Source: Takakia lepidozioides
Lineage: Eukaryota > Plantae > Bryophyta
Assembly (NCBI GenBank): GCA_030704615.1
Contig: CM060734.1
Location: 21,266,001-21,330,000, forward strand
Direction: 5' to 3'
DNA length: 64,000 nucleotides
Below the pieces are notes generated by a model that was given only the letters and a program-made list of their open reading frames with translations, did no database searches and was not told the origin of the DNA. The position numbers and the translations under genes are program-made. Shown here in pieces: positions 25,543-35,599 of the stretch; position 1 is the first letter of the stretch; each line of letters begins with the position of its first letter.

Positions 25543-28500
25543 TTGAGTGTCAACACGGAGGTGCCACTAATTGCTGGGGACAGTGCCGGTTCGAGCACTA
25601 GCGATACTAGTGGGTACACGAGACGAGGTGTGCGGTTTAGGCCACCTTCACCTCCTGTGTCTTCTACGGAAGGTTCTGATTCGGATTGTGAATCAGGAGG
25701 ACTCATACCGGCGGTGCAAGTTGTTTCTTTGCCATTGTTGTGGGACACAATGGAGGAGATGTATGGAGCTACCAAGGGGCCACGAAGGTACTCTGGGGCG
25801 GTGGGCACCATCGAGTTGGATGATTTTATCCAAGAGTTTGATAGTTGGTGTGATTTGCAGCAAATGCGCAATCCACAACTATTTACGCCTTTCATGGCAT
25901 GGAAGGGGCTGTTTCAGCACCTTGAGGGGCCGCCTATGGATGATTACCATGAGTTCAGGCGGGGGCATGAGGTTGAGATCGAGGAGTGGAGGATGTACTG
26001 GTCACCCGACTATGTCTCCATCACTAGGGGCACTAGAGCCACGAGGGCAGTGGCTACACCTGCCGCTGCACCGGCAGCTTCAGCAAGTAGCAGTGGGACT
26101 AGTGGGACTGGTGGTACAGTAGCTACGACATCCACCCAAGCCACTACCGCACCAGCACTAGCACCCGTGCCTGCCTTCAACCCTGTTGTGGAGTTCTTCG
26201 AAGAGTTGAGAGGAAACTACCAAGGGGTGAGGACAGAGAAGTTGCGGAGCTTGCAAGAGTTCCAACGGAAGCCGACCGAGAGCTTGAGGGAGGCTTTCAC
26301 TCGCATGAGGCGCTTGATAAATGTAACCCAAGGGGTTACGGAAGCTCAGGCAGTCCAATTCTGGTATGGGATATTGGACAAGGAGCTGAGGAGAAGGGTG
26401 CGGGATGCAACTCTCCTACAAGCGGCCCAACCCACCTTAGCAAATGTGTTTTTGCTGGCAGAGCGGATAGAGCTCAACATGGTGGAGGAACGAGTGGTCA
26501 TGGTGGGATTTGCTAAGGAGACACCACGGGGTAGTGGTGCTCCTAGCCAACCACTACCTCAACGTGCTCAAGGCAACAAGGGGGCTCAGGTGAAGCTCAG
26601 GGAAGGGCAGAGAGGACCTCAGATGCAGGGGTCTCTCCCTTCATTTGCTGGCCAACAACGGGCGGATGTGGTGTGCTGGACATGTGGAGGACCCCATGTC
26701 AAGAAGGATTGCCCAGAGGGAGGCAAAGGGCCGGCACATGCACAGCCTGCACAGTTGCAGTGTGGGCATTGTGGCAAGCACGGGCATGGAGAGGCCCAGT
26801 GTTATGGTTTGCATCCTGAGTTGCGCCCAGGCCAGTTCCAAGGGAACAATGGTGGCCGGGGGCGAGGTGGAGCAGCCCAGAGAGGACGAGGTGGCCAGCC
26901 ACGAGGTGCAGGCCAAGGGCAAGCTCAACATGGCCAAGGACGCGGAGGTCAGGGTGTTGACCAAGGCATGGCCAACCGGCTTCAGCAGCTAGAGCAGAGG
27001 CTCGCTGCCATGGCTACAGCTCAGGTGGTACCGGCTCTAAGGCCGGATGGTCCACCTCCTGCTCCTGAGGGAGGAGATATGGGAGGCATGGGATTCATGT
27101 GTGGAGCAGCACTACCACTAGTGCAGGTGGAGTCTGCTGCAGCCGTGACTCGAGGAGCAGCACGAGTTCCTGAGCCACGAGGTGCAGAGGTGGAGTTGGA
27201 TCCACAGCGTGGGGAGGCAAGCCGTCAGGCTAGGCTTCCTCAGTCATTCACATTGGTGGAGACAGTGTCGACGCCATCCATGGCACCTAGTTCTCGCCCG
27301 ACTGTTACCGAGGCGGAGGTTACTATGCCATTGGGGAAAGCTACACGGGTAGCACCACTACCTAGTGTTGCCAAGGCTACGGCAGCTAGTGTGCTGCTAG
27401 GAGCGGCCACATCTGTGTGCCAGGCTCCATTGTTCTCGGCTACCATGATTGCGACGCCGGGGGTAAGACCAGCTGAGGTGTTCAGGCTGGCAGCTACACT
27501 CTGTGAGAGTGGGGAGGTTACTTCATCTTCTGTGGAGATAGTGGGAGGTGTAGTGCCGGAGGGATCCTCGGATTTGAGGGTCAAGACTGCCACGGCGACG
27601 CCATGGCAAGCTGCAGCTGCCAGGTTGATGGAGCTGCCACCTAGGCCAGCCATTGAGCGCGCCATGGTGACACCTGGAGTTGTCATGTTAGACAACCAGG
27701 ATGACATTTTCTGTTTGAGTGGACCGGCAGGCAAGAGGTACCGGCCACTGCAGGTCTTGTTGGACTCGGGAGCTCAGCCATTGATGTTGGGCAGAGCTGC
27801 TATTGCAGGCTTGGGCCTCACGGAGGCGGATATGGAGTCTTGTCCTTTCCAGATACAGACGTCTCTGGGAGGATCGGAGCAGGCTCGGGGTATGACACAA
27901 CGTGAGTTGGCTATCAGACTACGGCCGGATCACCCTACAGATAGCTCAGTGATGCGAGCCAAGGCCATTGTGACAGACGCGGTCTCATACGATGTCTTGG
28001 TTGGTGGGGCAGTGTTGTACCCCATGGGCTTCACCCTGGATTTTTGGGAGGAGTCAGCTTTCTATAGGCCTGCATGGCAATCAGGGGAGGGCCGGCGTGT
28101 GCAGCTCCCTGTGACGTTCATAGGAGGAGTTGCGGTTGCTCAGCGAGGCAAGATGCCGACACTAGCAGCATTCACAGCGGCAGTGAGTTGGCCTAGAGAG
28201 TTGCTTGAGGGCAACGCTCATTCAGAGGATGTGCCACCTCCGGGAGAGCAAGATGACATGTATGGTATGGCGGAGTTGCCTACCATGGTTGCTCAGACTC
28301 CATTGTGGGGCACGAGCAAGGATTTGCAGCGGGATGCTGATAGACGGGTGCAACAAGCCTGGGTGGAGACTTTTGTACCGTCAGGAGAGGAGGAGAGTGT
28401 GGGGATTGCACCAGGACCACCTCAGTTGTCTCCATTGGACACCACACCTATTGTGTGGCAGTATCCGGATGAAGACATTTGTCTTCTGGACTTGTTTGGC

Positions 28501-29280
28501 GGGATCAACACCGGATTGGCTACTGTGTTACAGGCAGGTGTACGAGTTCGGCGTTACCTGTATGTGGAGAGGGATGAGACTGCACGACGCGTTTCACTTT
28601 GCCATGTTGCTCAGTTGGTGCAGCGGTACCCTGAGTTATTGTCGGTGTCTGCAATTCGTGGATATCAGCAGGCCTTGCCAGCAGACATTTCGTTGCTGGG
28701 GGCGCAGGATTTGGAGCGGGTTGGCTCCATTGATCTGGTAGTGGCAGGTTGGCCCTGCCAAGGGCATTCATCAGCCGGGCATGGCAATGGATTGCGAGAC
28801 TCGAGGTCGGGTCTGTTTTGGGAGATGGTGCGGGTTTTGCGCCACTTGCAGTTTCATCAAGCTGTATCTCCAGCATACATCTTGGAGAATGTGCCACTGA
28901 TGGGCGATTCTCGGGCCAAGGTGATGGCCAGTGTGCATCAAGTCCGATCATGGCTTGGGTCAGCAGTGTTGCTAGATGCAGCTACAGTGGGGTCACGGGC
29001 TCATCGTCCACGGCTATGGTGGACTAACTTGATGCCACCCGCACTACTCAAGCGTGCATTTGATGGGGTGCAGCAGCTAGCACATCTCACAGTGGATAGC
29101 ATCCTGGACACAGGGAGGCAGTCTCAGCGTGTGAAACACGATGACCGTTCGCCTTTGGCAGTGGTCAACAAGGTGGGTCAACCACGAGCAGCATTACCTA
29201 CACTGCTCAGCTTCCCAGGACCGCATGCTTCCGGGATAGTGGGCCTGGCTTCCTGTGGGATGCTCAGTTGCAGCAGTTAG
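25543..29280 (+). CDS. Gag-zinc knuckles-aspartic protease-DNA methyltransferase part of the polyprotein (1245-aa open frame; true start codon uncertain)
   Basis: Gag-like FQRKPTESLREAFTRMRRL, CWTCGGPHVKKDC and CGHCGKHGHGEAQC knuckles, LLDSGA protease, then DNMT motifs in the same frame. Confidence 0.9.
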   Translation: MSVNTEVPLIAGDSAGSSTSDTSGYTRRGVRFRPPSPPVSSTEGSDSDCESGGLIPAVQVVSLPLLWDTMEEMYGATKGPRRYSGAVGTIELDDFIQEFDSWCDLQQMRNPQLFTPFMAWKGLFQHLEGPPMDDYHEFRRGHEVEIEEWRMYWSPDYVSITRGTRATRAVATPAAAPAASASSSGTSGTGGTVATTSTQATTAPALAPVPAFNPVVEFFEELRGNYQGVRTEKLRSLQEFQRKPTESLREAFTRMRRLINVTQGVTEAQAVQFWYGILDKELRRRVRDATLLQAAQPTLANVFLLAERIELNMVEERVVMVGFAKETPRGSGAPSQPLPQRAQGNKGAQVKLREGQRGPQMQGSLPSFAGQQRADVVCWTCGGPHVKKDCPEGGKGPAHAQPAQLQCGHCGKHGHGEAQCYGLHPELRPGQFQGNNGGRGRGGAAQRGRGGQPRGAGQGQAQHGQGRGGQGVDQGMANRLQQLEQRLAAMATAQVVPALRPDGPPPAPEGGDMGGMGFMCGAALPLVQVESAAAVTRGAARVPEPRGAEVELDPQRGEASRQARLPQSFTLVETVSTPSMAPSSRPTVTEAEVTMPLGKATRVAPLPSVAKATAASVLLGAATSVCQAPLFSATMIATPGVRPAEVFRLAATLCESGEVTSSSVEIVGGVVPEGSSDLRVKTATATPWQAAAARLMELPPRPAIERAMVTPGVVMLDNQDDIFCLSGPAGKRYRPLQVLLDSGAQPLMLGRAAIAGLGLTEADMESCPFQIQTSLGGSEQARGMTQRELAIRLRPDHPTDSSVMRAKAIVTDAVSYDVLVGGAVLYPMGFTLDFWEESAFYRPAWQSGEGRRVQLPVTFIGGVAVAQRGKMPTLAAFTAAVSWPRELLEGNAHSEDVPPPGEQDDMYGMAELPTMVAQTPLWGTSKDLQRDADRRVQQAWVETFVPSGEEESVGIAPGPPQLSPLDTTPIVWQYPDEDICLLDLFGGINTGLATVLQAGVRVRRYLYVERDETARRVSLCHVAQLVQRYPELLSVSAIRGYQQALPADISLLGAQDLERVGSIDLVVAGWPCQGHSSAGHGNGLRDSRSGLFWEMVRVLRHLQFHQAVSPAYILENVPLMGDSRAKVMASVHQVRSWLGSAVLLDAATVGSRAHRPRLWWTNLMPPALLKRAFDGVQQLAHLTVDSILDTGRQSQRVKHDDRSPLAVVNKVGQPRAALPTLLSFPGPHASGIVGLASCGMLSCSS

Positions 29281-29410
29281 TGGAGCCTAATGCTGACGAG
29301 CGTGAGCGGGCAATGGGTTTTACCACTGGTACCACGGCGGTGTCGTCTCTTTCTGAGGCATCACGTCATCAAGTGTTGGGGTAAGCAATGGATCTCAATT
29401 GCTTGACCTG
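28477..29410 (+). other. C5 cytosine methyltransferase catalytic domain (DNMT3-like), with one frameshift and one nonsense codon
   Basis: Motif I LDLFGGI, IV IDLVVAGWPCQG, VI YILENV, VIII AHRPRLWWTNL. After a frameshift at ~29230 come IX ERERAMGF and X RHQVLG*AMD. Confidence 0.93.
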
Positions 29411-29859
29411 GATTATTAGCTTGGCTCTGGCTGAGCAACACAGAGTGCGGAGTACACTTCCCTCGATGGTCTCTCTGCCTACCGAGACGGTACAGGCAGT
29501 GAGTGGGGGCGAGCATGTGAGGACCACGGGGTGCATGCATCCATGGCACACGTGGGAGGTGCTCGAGGTTCAGAGGGAGTTGGCAGCCAAGGCGGCTGTG
29601 ATGGATGAGGTTGGGGATTCTTCCCGGGTTGAGGAGGTCATCAAGGATGAGATGATGGGGCAGGATGATGCCTTGTCATTGACTGAGCAGGCAGGGAGTG
29701 CTGCTCAAGAGGTTGCAACATAGCAACCACTAGACGCGTCCTCTACCTCTAAGCCCACTGGACTTAAGGTTGCAGTTACGGAGGACAATTGGGAGCCTGA
29801 CATTGGACCCATTGTCACCGGAGGAGAGAGACGACGTATACGGCGGTTCCTGAGGGCTT

Positions 29860-30799
29860 ACAGGAATTGCTTTGCCTTCAGTTTGAAGGACTTGGGAGCA
29901 CTGAAGGGTCAAGAGATCCGTATTGAGTTGGCCACTGACACGCCAATCTTTCGGAGACCCTATAGATACAATGACATGGAGAGGTCTTTGATTCAGATGA
30001 GGACTCAAGATCTCTGGGAGGCAGGTTTGGTGGAGCTCTCTGGTAGAGAGTATGCTTCAGCCACAGTGATGCCAGCCAAGAAGGATGTCTATGGCAATTG
30101 GACGGAGAGACGTATGTGCGGTGATTACCGGCCTGTAAATCGTCAGACCAAGTCCGATAAGTATGCCATGCCAACACCAGAGGAGATCTTTGATGCCATC
30201 GGGCATGCTAAGGCCTTTAGCACTTTGGATTTACGATCCGGATATCACCAGTTGCCAATCAAGGAGGCGGACAAGCAGAAGACGGCATTCTGGGGGATCA
30301 ATGAGCACGGCAAGGATTGCCTATATCAGTGGCGGTTCTTATCATTTGGGCTTAAGAATGCTCCTGCAGAGTTTCAGAGAGTCATGGATAGGATTCTAGC
30401 AGGGGTGGACTTTGCTCGGTGCTACATAGATGACATCATCATCTTTAGTGTTACGATGGAGGAGCATGAGAGACACCTTCAGGTGGTATTGGAGCGCTTG
30501 AGAGCGCACGGATTGAAGTTGCATCCGGGGAAGTGCAAGTTTTTCCACAACCAGATTGAGTATCTGGGTCACATGATATATCCTGGAGGATTGGGGGTAC
30601 AGCAGACTAAGGTAGAGGCCAAATTCCATGCCCCACGGATGTGAGCCTCATGGGGTTGGCAAACTATTATAGACGGTTTGTCAAGGGATTTAGTACCATT
30701 GCAAATGCTCTAACCAAGCTGACCAAGGTGGACCAGGAGTGGCAGTGGGAAGATGAGCAGGAACGAGCTTTTCAAGAGCTCAAGGAGAGGTTGACGACT
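29860..30799 (+). pseudogene. Ty3/gypsy reverse transcriptase, truncated before RNase H
   Basis: [56 protein letters not shown]; ends at ELKERLTT. Confidence 0.95.
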
Positions 30800-30809
30800 A
30801 CAGGGATGA

Positions 30810-30984
30810 CTGTAGACTATTTGCCACCGCCACCGTGTCGGCGACGTGGCTGCTTAAGTGGCAGTATTTTACCTGGTACTATTTTTACCAGAATATTCCC
30901 CGAACCTGACGTGACGGAGGTCTCGTCAGCGTCAGGTCTGACGTGACCTGACGCTGACTGACGGACGTGACGCTGATAACCGGG
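30810..30984 (-). mobile_element. Isolated terminus of a TIR DNA transposon (TIR CCCGGTTATCA)
   Basis: TGATAACCGGG at 30974-30984 matches the TIR at 61640-61650. The adjacent GTCACGTCAG/ACCTGACGCT sequence resembles 480-590. Confidence 0.7.
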
Positions 30985-31429
30985 ATCTCGATTGACGTCG
31001 ATTCAAAACACGAGCACTCATAAAATACTCGAGATTTTTGTGATCGGTGTAGACAGTGACATGATGTTTAGTTCCCTCCAATAGATGACGCCACTCTTCA
31101 AAAGCATCAATAATCGCCAGAAGTTCTTTGTCATGGATTTCATAATTGATCTCCGCAGCGGAAAATTTGTGAGAACGAAAACCAACAGGGTGAAGTCGGC
31201 CATCCGTACCATATTGAGAGAGTACAGCGCCAAGTGCAAAGTCCGATGCATCTGCTTCAAAAAAAAATGGTTTAGATAGGTCTGCATATACCGGTATTGG
31301 AGCCTTTGTAAATGTCTGCTTCAACCTTTCAAATGTCTGGTCAGCCTTATCGTCCCATACAAATTTGTCCTTCCCTGTGAGTCGTGTCTGCAATGGTGCA
31401 GCAATTTTGGAATAGTCCTTGATGAAGAT
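30985..31429 (-). pseudogene. Gypsy RT-end/RNase H fragment of a third family
   Basis: IFIKDYSKIAAPL...EADASDFALGAVLSQ...NYEIHDKELLAI...TDHKNLEYF..LNRRQ. Confidence 0.9.
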
Positions 31430-32274
31430 TGTTAACCGTTAGTTTATGATTTAGTCAAAATAGGCTTTCAACTCTATAGCCCATTTCCCAAGACATGCAA
31501 CAGAGGTTGTCCGACGGTATGCCTTCTGAAACGATTACAGAGTAATCGTTTGAAAGATAGATAAACCCCGGTAGTCGTATGAATCAACATCTCTGCAGGT
31601 TGCTTAATCCTATTAATTAAGTCCAACCCGTAGTCTCATTAGCAAAAAAGGTCTTAGTCGGAAAGGCTGGAGCCTCTTTGTTCATACAGTCATACATTAT
31701 TCAAGACAAACAAGATCTATTCTGAGATGATACACATTCTCACCATCTCACGTTCTCTCATAATGCACATTCTCTCCATCTCACAATCACTCTACACAGA
31801 GATACTTGGAATAGCATGGCTTTACTTCAGAGTTCATATCATCATAGCATAAGTACACATTGAATCAGTCTAAGTCCACTGGATACACACTGATCACTAA
31901 TACCTTCTAAGTTGCGTGCAGTCCTTTTATACTATGCTCGAAAGAGCCGTTACAGCCTGCAGTCGTTAATGACCGTTGCCTAACTGCCTTCGCAACCTAA
32001 AAGGTTTGCCAAAAAGTGGCTCGTGATAGTGGTCGTGACTTGTGTGTTATAGTGGTACACGGTCCACGTACTTCTTCTATTAGTAAAGCCTATGTTATCA
32101 TGGCCGTGTGATATCGTGGTTCACGGCCCACGGCTGCTACACTACCCACTACTGCTCCCGTGGTAGTGTACCCTTGTTCCGTCGTTTGCTAAGTGCCGTG
32201 CACTTAACCTTTTCTGCCCGTGACTCTCGCTGCCCGGCCCTCGTAGCTATGTCATATATAGCCGTTATTATTTA
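31430..32274 (-). repeat. Probable 3' LTR of the element hosting the DNMT retrotransposon, preceded by a PPT (32275-32290)
   Basis: On the minus strand, an AAAAGAGGGGGAGGAA purine tract is followed by ~845 bp ending GGTTAACA exactly where gypsy coding sequence begins. Partner LTR not in the window. Confidence 0.6.
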
Positions 32275-32610
32275 TTCCTCCCCCTCTTTTGAAATTGTGT
32301 CTGCACAATTTTGTCAGTTCCTGTGTTTGTTGTATCTCTTGGGGATGTAGGGTGGTGGCATGCCTGTCTGCTGGTTAGGAAGTGGGTCCCAGGATTGTGA
32401 TGGTTGTGGTGGCAACTTCTTGTTTCTGTTGTCATCATTGTCTGTTTGCTCCTGTGGTTCGTGAGTGGGCCAGCTTTCATCATCAGGGTGTTCTGCTATT
32501 CCGTCCATGCGTACCATATCGATTTTGGTGGTCAAGGTTTCTCGATAGGTTTGTCTCGTCCTTGGTCTAGGGCACAATGTTTTTGGTCGCCCTGCTGCCC
32601 ATTAACCAGT

Positions 32611-33316
32611 TGTCGTGCGCATACATATCGCTACACAACTACATCGCTATCCAAAACCACACAACACATGTGCACACCACACACTAGTATACCACTAGTC
32701 CACCACTAGTCCAGCCACTAGTCCAACCACTAGGCTACAACTAGTCAGTCACTAGGTTGCCACTATGCTGCCCATTATGGCAGTCACTAGTCCATACAAT
32801 GATAATGAAGAAGAATACAAGCACAAGCTCATGCGAGCCCACAAAGCTGAAGCATAAACTCATGCATATATAACCTCATCACTCAAATACAAGTCAAGCC
32901 AAGTGCACCCCACGCCATGGGGAATCCACACTATGGCGCCATAGCTAGGCGCGGTGAGGCTCAACTCGAGAAAGATGAGCCTCCCGTGCTTGCCGTGAAG
33001 ATAACCACTCCAGGGCCTAAATCTGCCTTGACCCCTGGATTGACACTTGGGCCAATCCCAAATGTCAATATGTAAAAGCTAGCTATTTCCTAGCTAGTTT
33101 CATACTAGTGGTAAAATAACTTGACAGTTGTCGTGCGCATACATATCGCTACACAACTACATCGCTGTCCAAAACCACACAACACATGTGCACACCACAC
33201 ACTAGTATACCACTAGTCCACCACTAGTCCAGCCACTAGTCCAACCACTAGGCTACAACTAGTCAGTCACTAGGCTGCCACTATGCTGCCCACTATGGCA
33301 GTCACTAGTCCATACA
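32611..33316 (-). repeat. 3' terminal block of the DNMT element: Y1 (33316-33129), A (33126-32965), B' (32938-32800), Y2 (32798-32611)
   Basis: Two 188-bp near-identical Y copies flank a 327-bp TG...CA block. A PPT-like AGGGGGG at 33327-33321 precedes Y1. Confidence 0.9.
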
Positions 33317-33584
33317 ATCGCCCCCCTAGCTGGTGCTTCGGTCCCTCTAAGTCCAGGTAGCTACAAGATGTGATAGTGACCATAGCCTCACTAAGTCTTC
33401 CACCACTATCCCTACTACACTCAAACTCGATAGATCAAGAGGCCGGGTGCAAGAGTTGCCCCATCGTTAGTCGCCGTCTTGCAACCTGTGAACTTGAGCT
33501 TGGGATCTCATGTATTGACTCCTATGAGCTTGGCCTCCCATGTCTTGTTAGCTGCCTCCAATCATGTCCACTGCCACTATCTCA

Positions 33585-35050
33585 AGCAGTGTGGACACAA
33601 CCAATCTCCGTCAGGAACCTTCTCAAGAGGTGGTGTCAAACATCCATATGCCAACCCCTTGAGCATCGATCACACACCAGCATGGTGGCTGCCCCTTTGG
33701 CAGACCCACAGAGCATGCACCTCAAACCTGCAGGTACCACTGCCAAGTTTGGGTCAACTCTGCCATCGACATTGGGAAGGTGACATGGCGCACAATTACG
33801 CACATGGTCCTTCCAAGTCATGCCATCCCGACCCTCCAAGATCAGGACCCCTGAGGGCAACACCTCTCGAACCCTCAGAATAACACGCCTTGCAGTAACA
33901 TCCAGAGTCGTAGGAGCAGTCTGCTGCAAATAAACATAGTCACCAGGGCTAAACCTCCGAACCCCAGGACGATATCCTCCACCACGTATAGTGACATACC
34001 TCAACGTATCACGGTGCTGTGCAATGGCAAGGTTCTCAAAAGCCATGGGCATGACTTTCTTGAACAATTCTGCACGCTGATCACATGCACGTACCCACAC
34101 GTCCGGATCGTCAAGATTAAGGACTTGAGCAGTGTCCCTACGAATGGCTGCAGGCAAATCCGGCTCTCGGCCAAAGAGAAGGAAATATGGTGAGAAGGAG
34201 GCAAGTGATGCTTGTTTGCTGAACCTGTAGTCCATGGCTAACCAAGGAACTTGAAGATCCCAATCTCCTAGGTGTCCCTTCTGCAAGCCATACTTGCGCA
34301 AACCTCTCTTCACCGTCTGAACAACTCTCTCTGCCAAGCCATCGGCCTCAGGATGATCCCGAGTGGTGCGGTGGTCTATCAAGGCTTTATCACACAAAGC
34401 CTGAAACTCCCCCAAGAACTCTCTCCCTTGGTCCGTGAGTACCTCAGCTGGAGCACCAAATCGGCTAAGCACACGATCCAAGAATGCATACGCAGCCCCC
34501 TCACTAGCCTTGTCAGGCAATGGAACCAACTCAATCCACTTGGAGAAGTGCTCCACCATCACCAACACATATCTGTGGTGGCGCATAGTCAGTGGCAACG
34601 GTCTTGCGAAGTCAAGACTCCACCTGTAGCCCAATCCCATGATTGGTAAAGGATGCAACTGTGGTGTAGGGGCGTTGAATGAAGCACGCACCCTGTCACA
34701 CACCATGCACCTAGCCACGAACTGTTGCACCTCTGTATGCATATCACGCCACCAATACTGCCCCTGCAGTAAACTGTGAGTGCGTCGCACTCCAAAATGC
34801 CCCAATTCCTCATGGGCATGCCGCACTAACCGTGCACGCTGTGTGGGGTGAGGCACAATCCTCACCCGACCATCCTCCCACACTCGAAGTAGGTGTATCC
34901 CCTCCCACTTGAACCTCTTGGCTCGTTGCAAGATCCGATCCCTCTCCCTGGCAGTCACAGTGGCTGCCGTGTCTCCCGTGCGGAGGTAGTCCAACACAGC
35001 CGAATCCTCATGTATATCTCTGGCACCACCTGGCTCATCACTAGCCTCAG
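33585..35050 (-). pseudogene. Gypsy integrase (HHCC, DDE core) with C-terminal PHD finger
   Basis: HEELGHFG...CMVC, WSLDF, LTDQGREF, GLAERVVQT. Then CMLC..VCDRC..WHMD(frameshift)LTPPLEKVPDGDWLCPHC, a C4HC3 pattern. Confidence 0.92.
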
Positions 35051-35599
35051 GGTCAAATCAGGTGCCTTAATCTTATTTAGGAATTTTCCGCCCCCAGAAA
35101 TATTTAAAAAAAATTATAAATATAAAAATTAGGAAAAATACCTCCCGAGTATAATCCAGTGATGCCAAAGGCACCCCCATTAGAACGTGGGAACCCCCTA
35201 GGAACCAAATAGAATGCCGAAAACGCCCGGGAATCGGTCTTACATCGCGGGAAACCGTCGTGCCTCCGCGGATGAATGAAAATCGTCGGGTTAGGCCCTT
35301 CTGCTCATTCATTAGTTTCAAAACGTGCCTGCCTCAATTCTAAAATAACCCCCTGGTGGGATCAAGCATGGTTTCACCCCACTGATATTAAATTAAAGTG
35401 ACCCCAACGCTTTTCCTCCACGGAAAAAGTCATCTTCTACCTCTCAACTTGACAGTAGTGGTAACTGTAGCCTAAATTTCAGGACAGAGTACTTTGTGCT
35501 CAAAACTAATCCTCAGCTGTCTATGTGTATAGCTCCGGGTATCGGAGCACCCGTAATATGCTTACCTAAAATATCCTCTATGTATAGTCATTCTAGAGG

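Larger units (their letters stand above)
22081..35070 (+). mobile_element. Ty3/gypsy-type retrotransposon encoding a C5 DNA methyltransferase and an integrase-PHD; 5' part 22081-~30799 (+), 3' part ~35070-32611 inverted (-)
   Basis: Starts TGTCAAG (22081) and ends GCACGACA (32611, minus strand). Both ends abut ACTG, and the interrupted host ORF rejoins across them. Terminal repeats A and B are shared between the two ends. Confidence 0.85.

Noticed and set aside
28477-29410. Host DRM/CMT gene or bacterial restriction-modification contamination
   Set aside because: The domain is intronless, in frame with gag and protease, and followed by gypsy RT. No UBA, BAH or chromo domains and no endonuclease partner.
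22081-33126. DNA transposon with 162-bp TIRs, or a true DIRS element
   Set aside because: The inverted orientation of A is explained by the later inversion. The element encodes a protease and a DDE integrase, and no tyrosine recombinase was seen.
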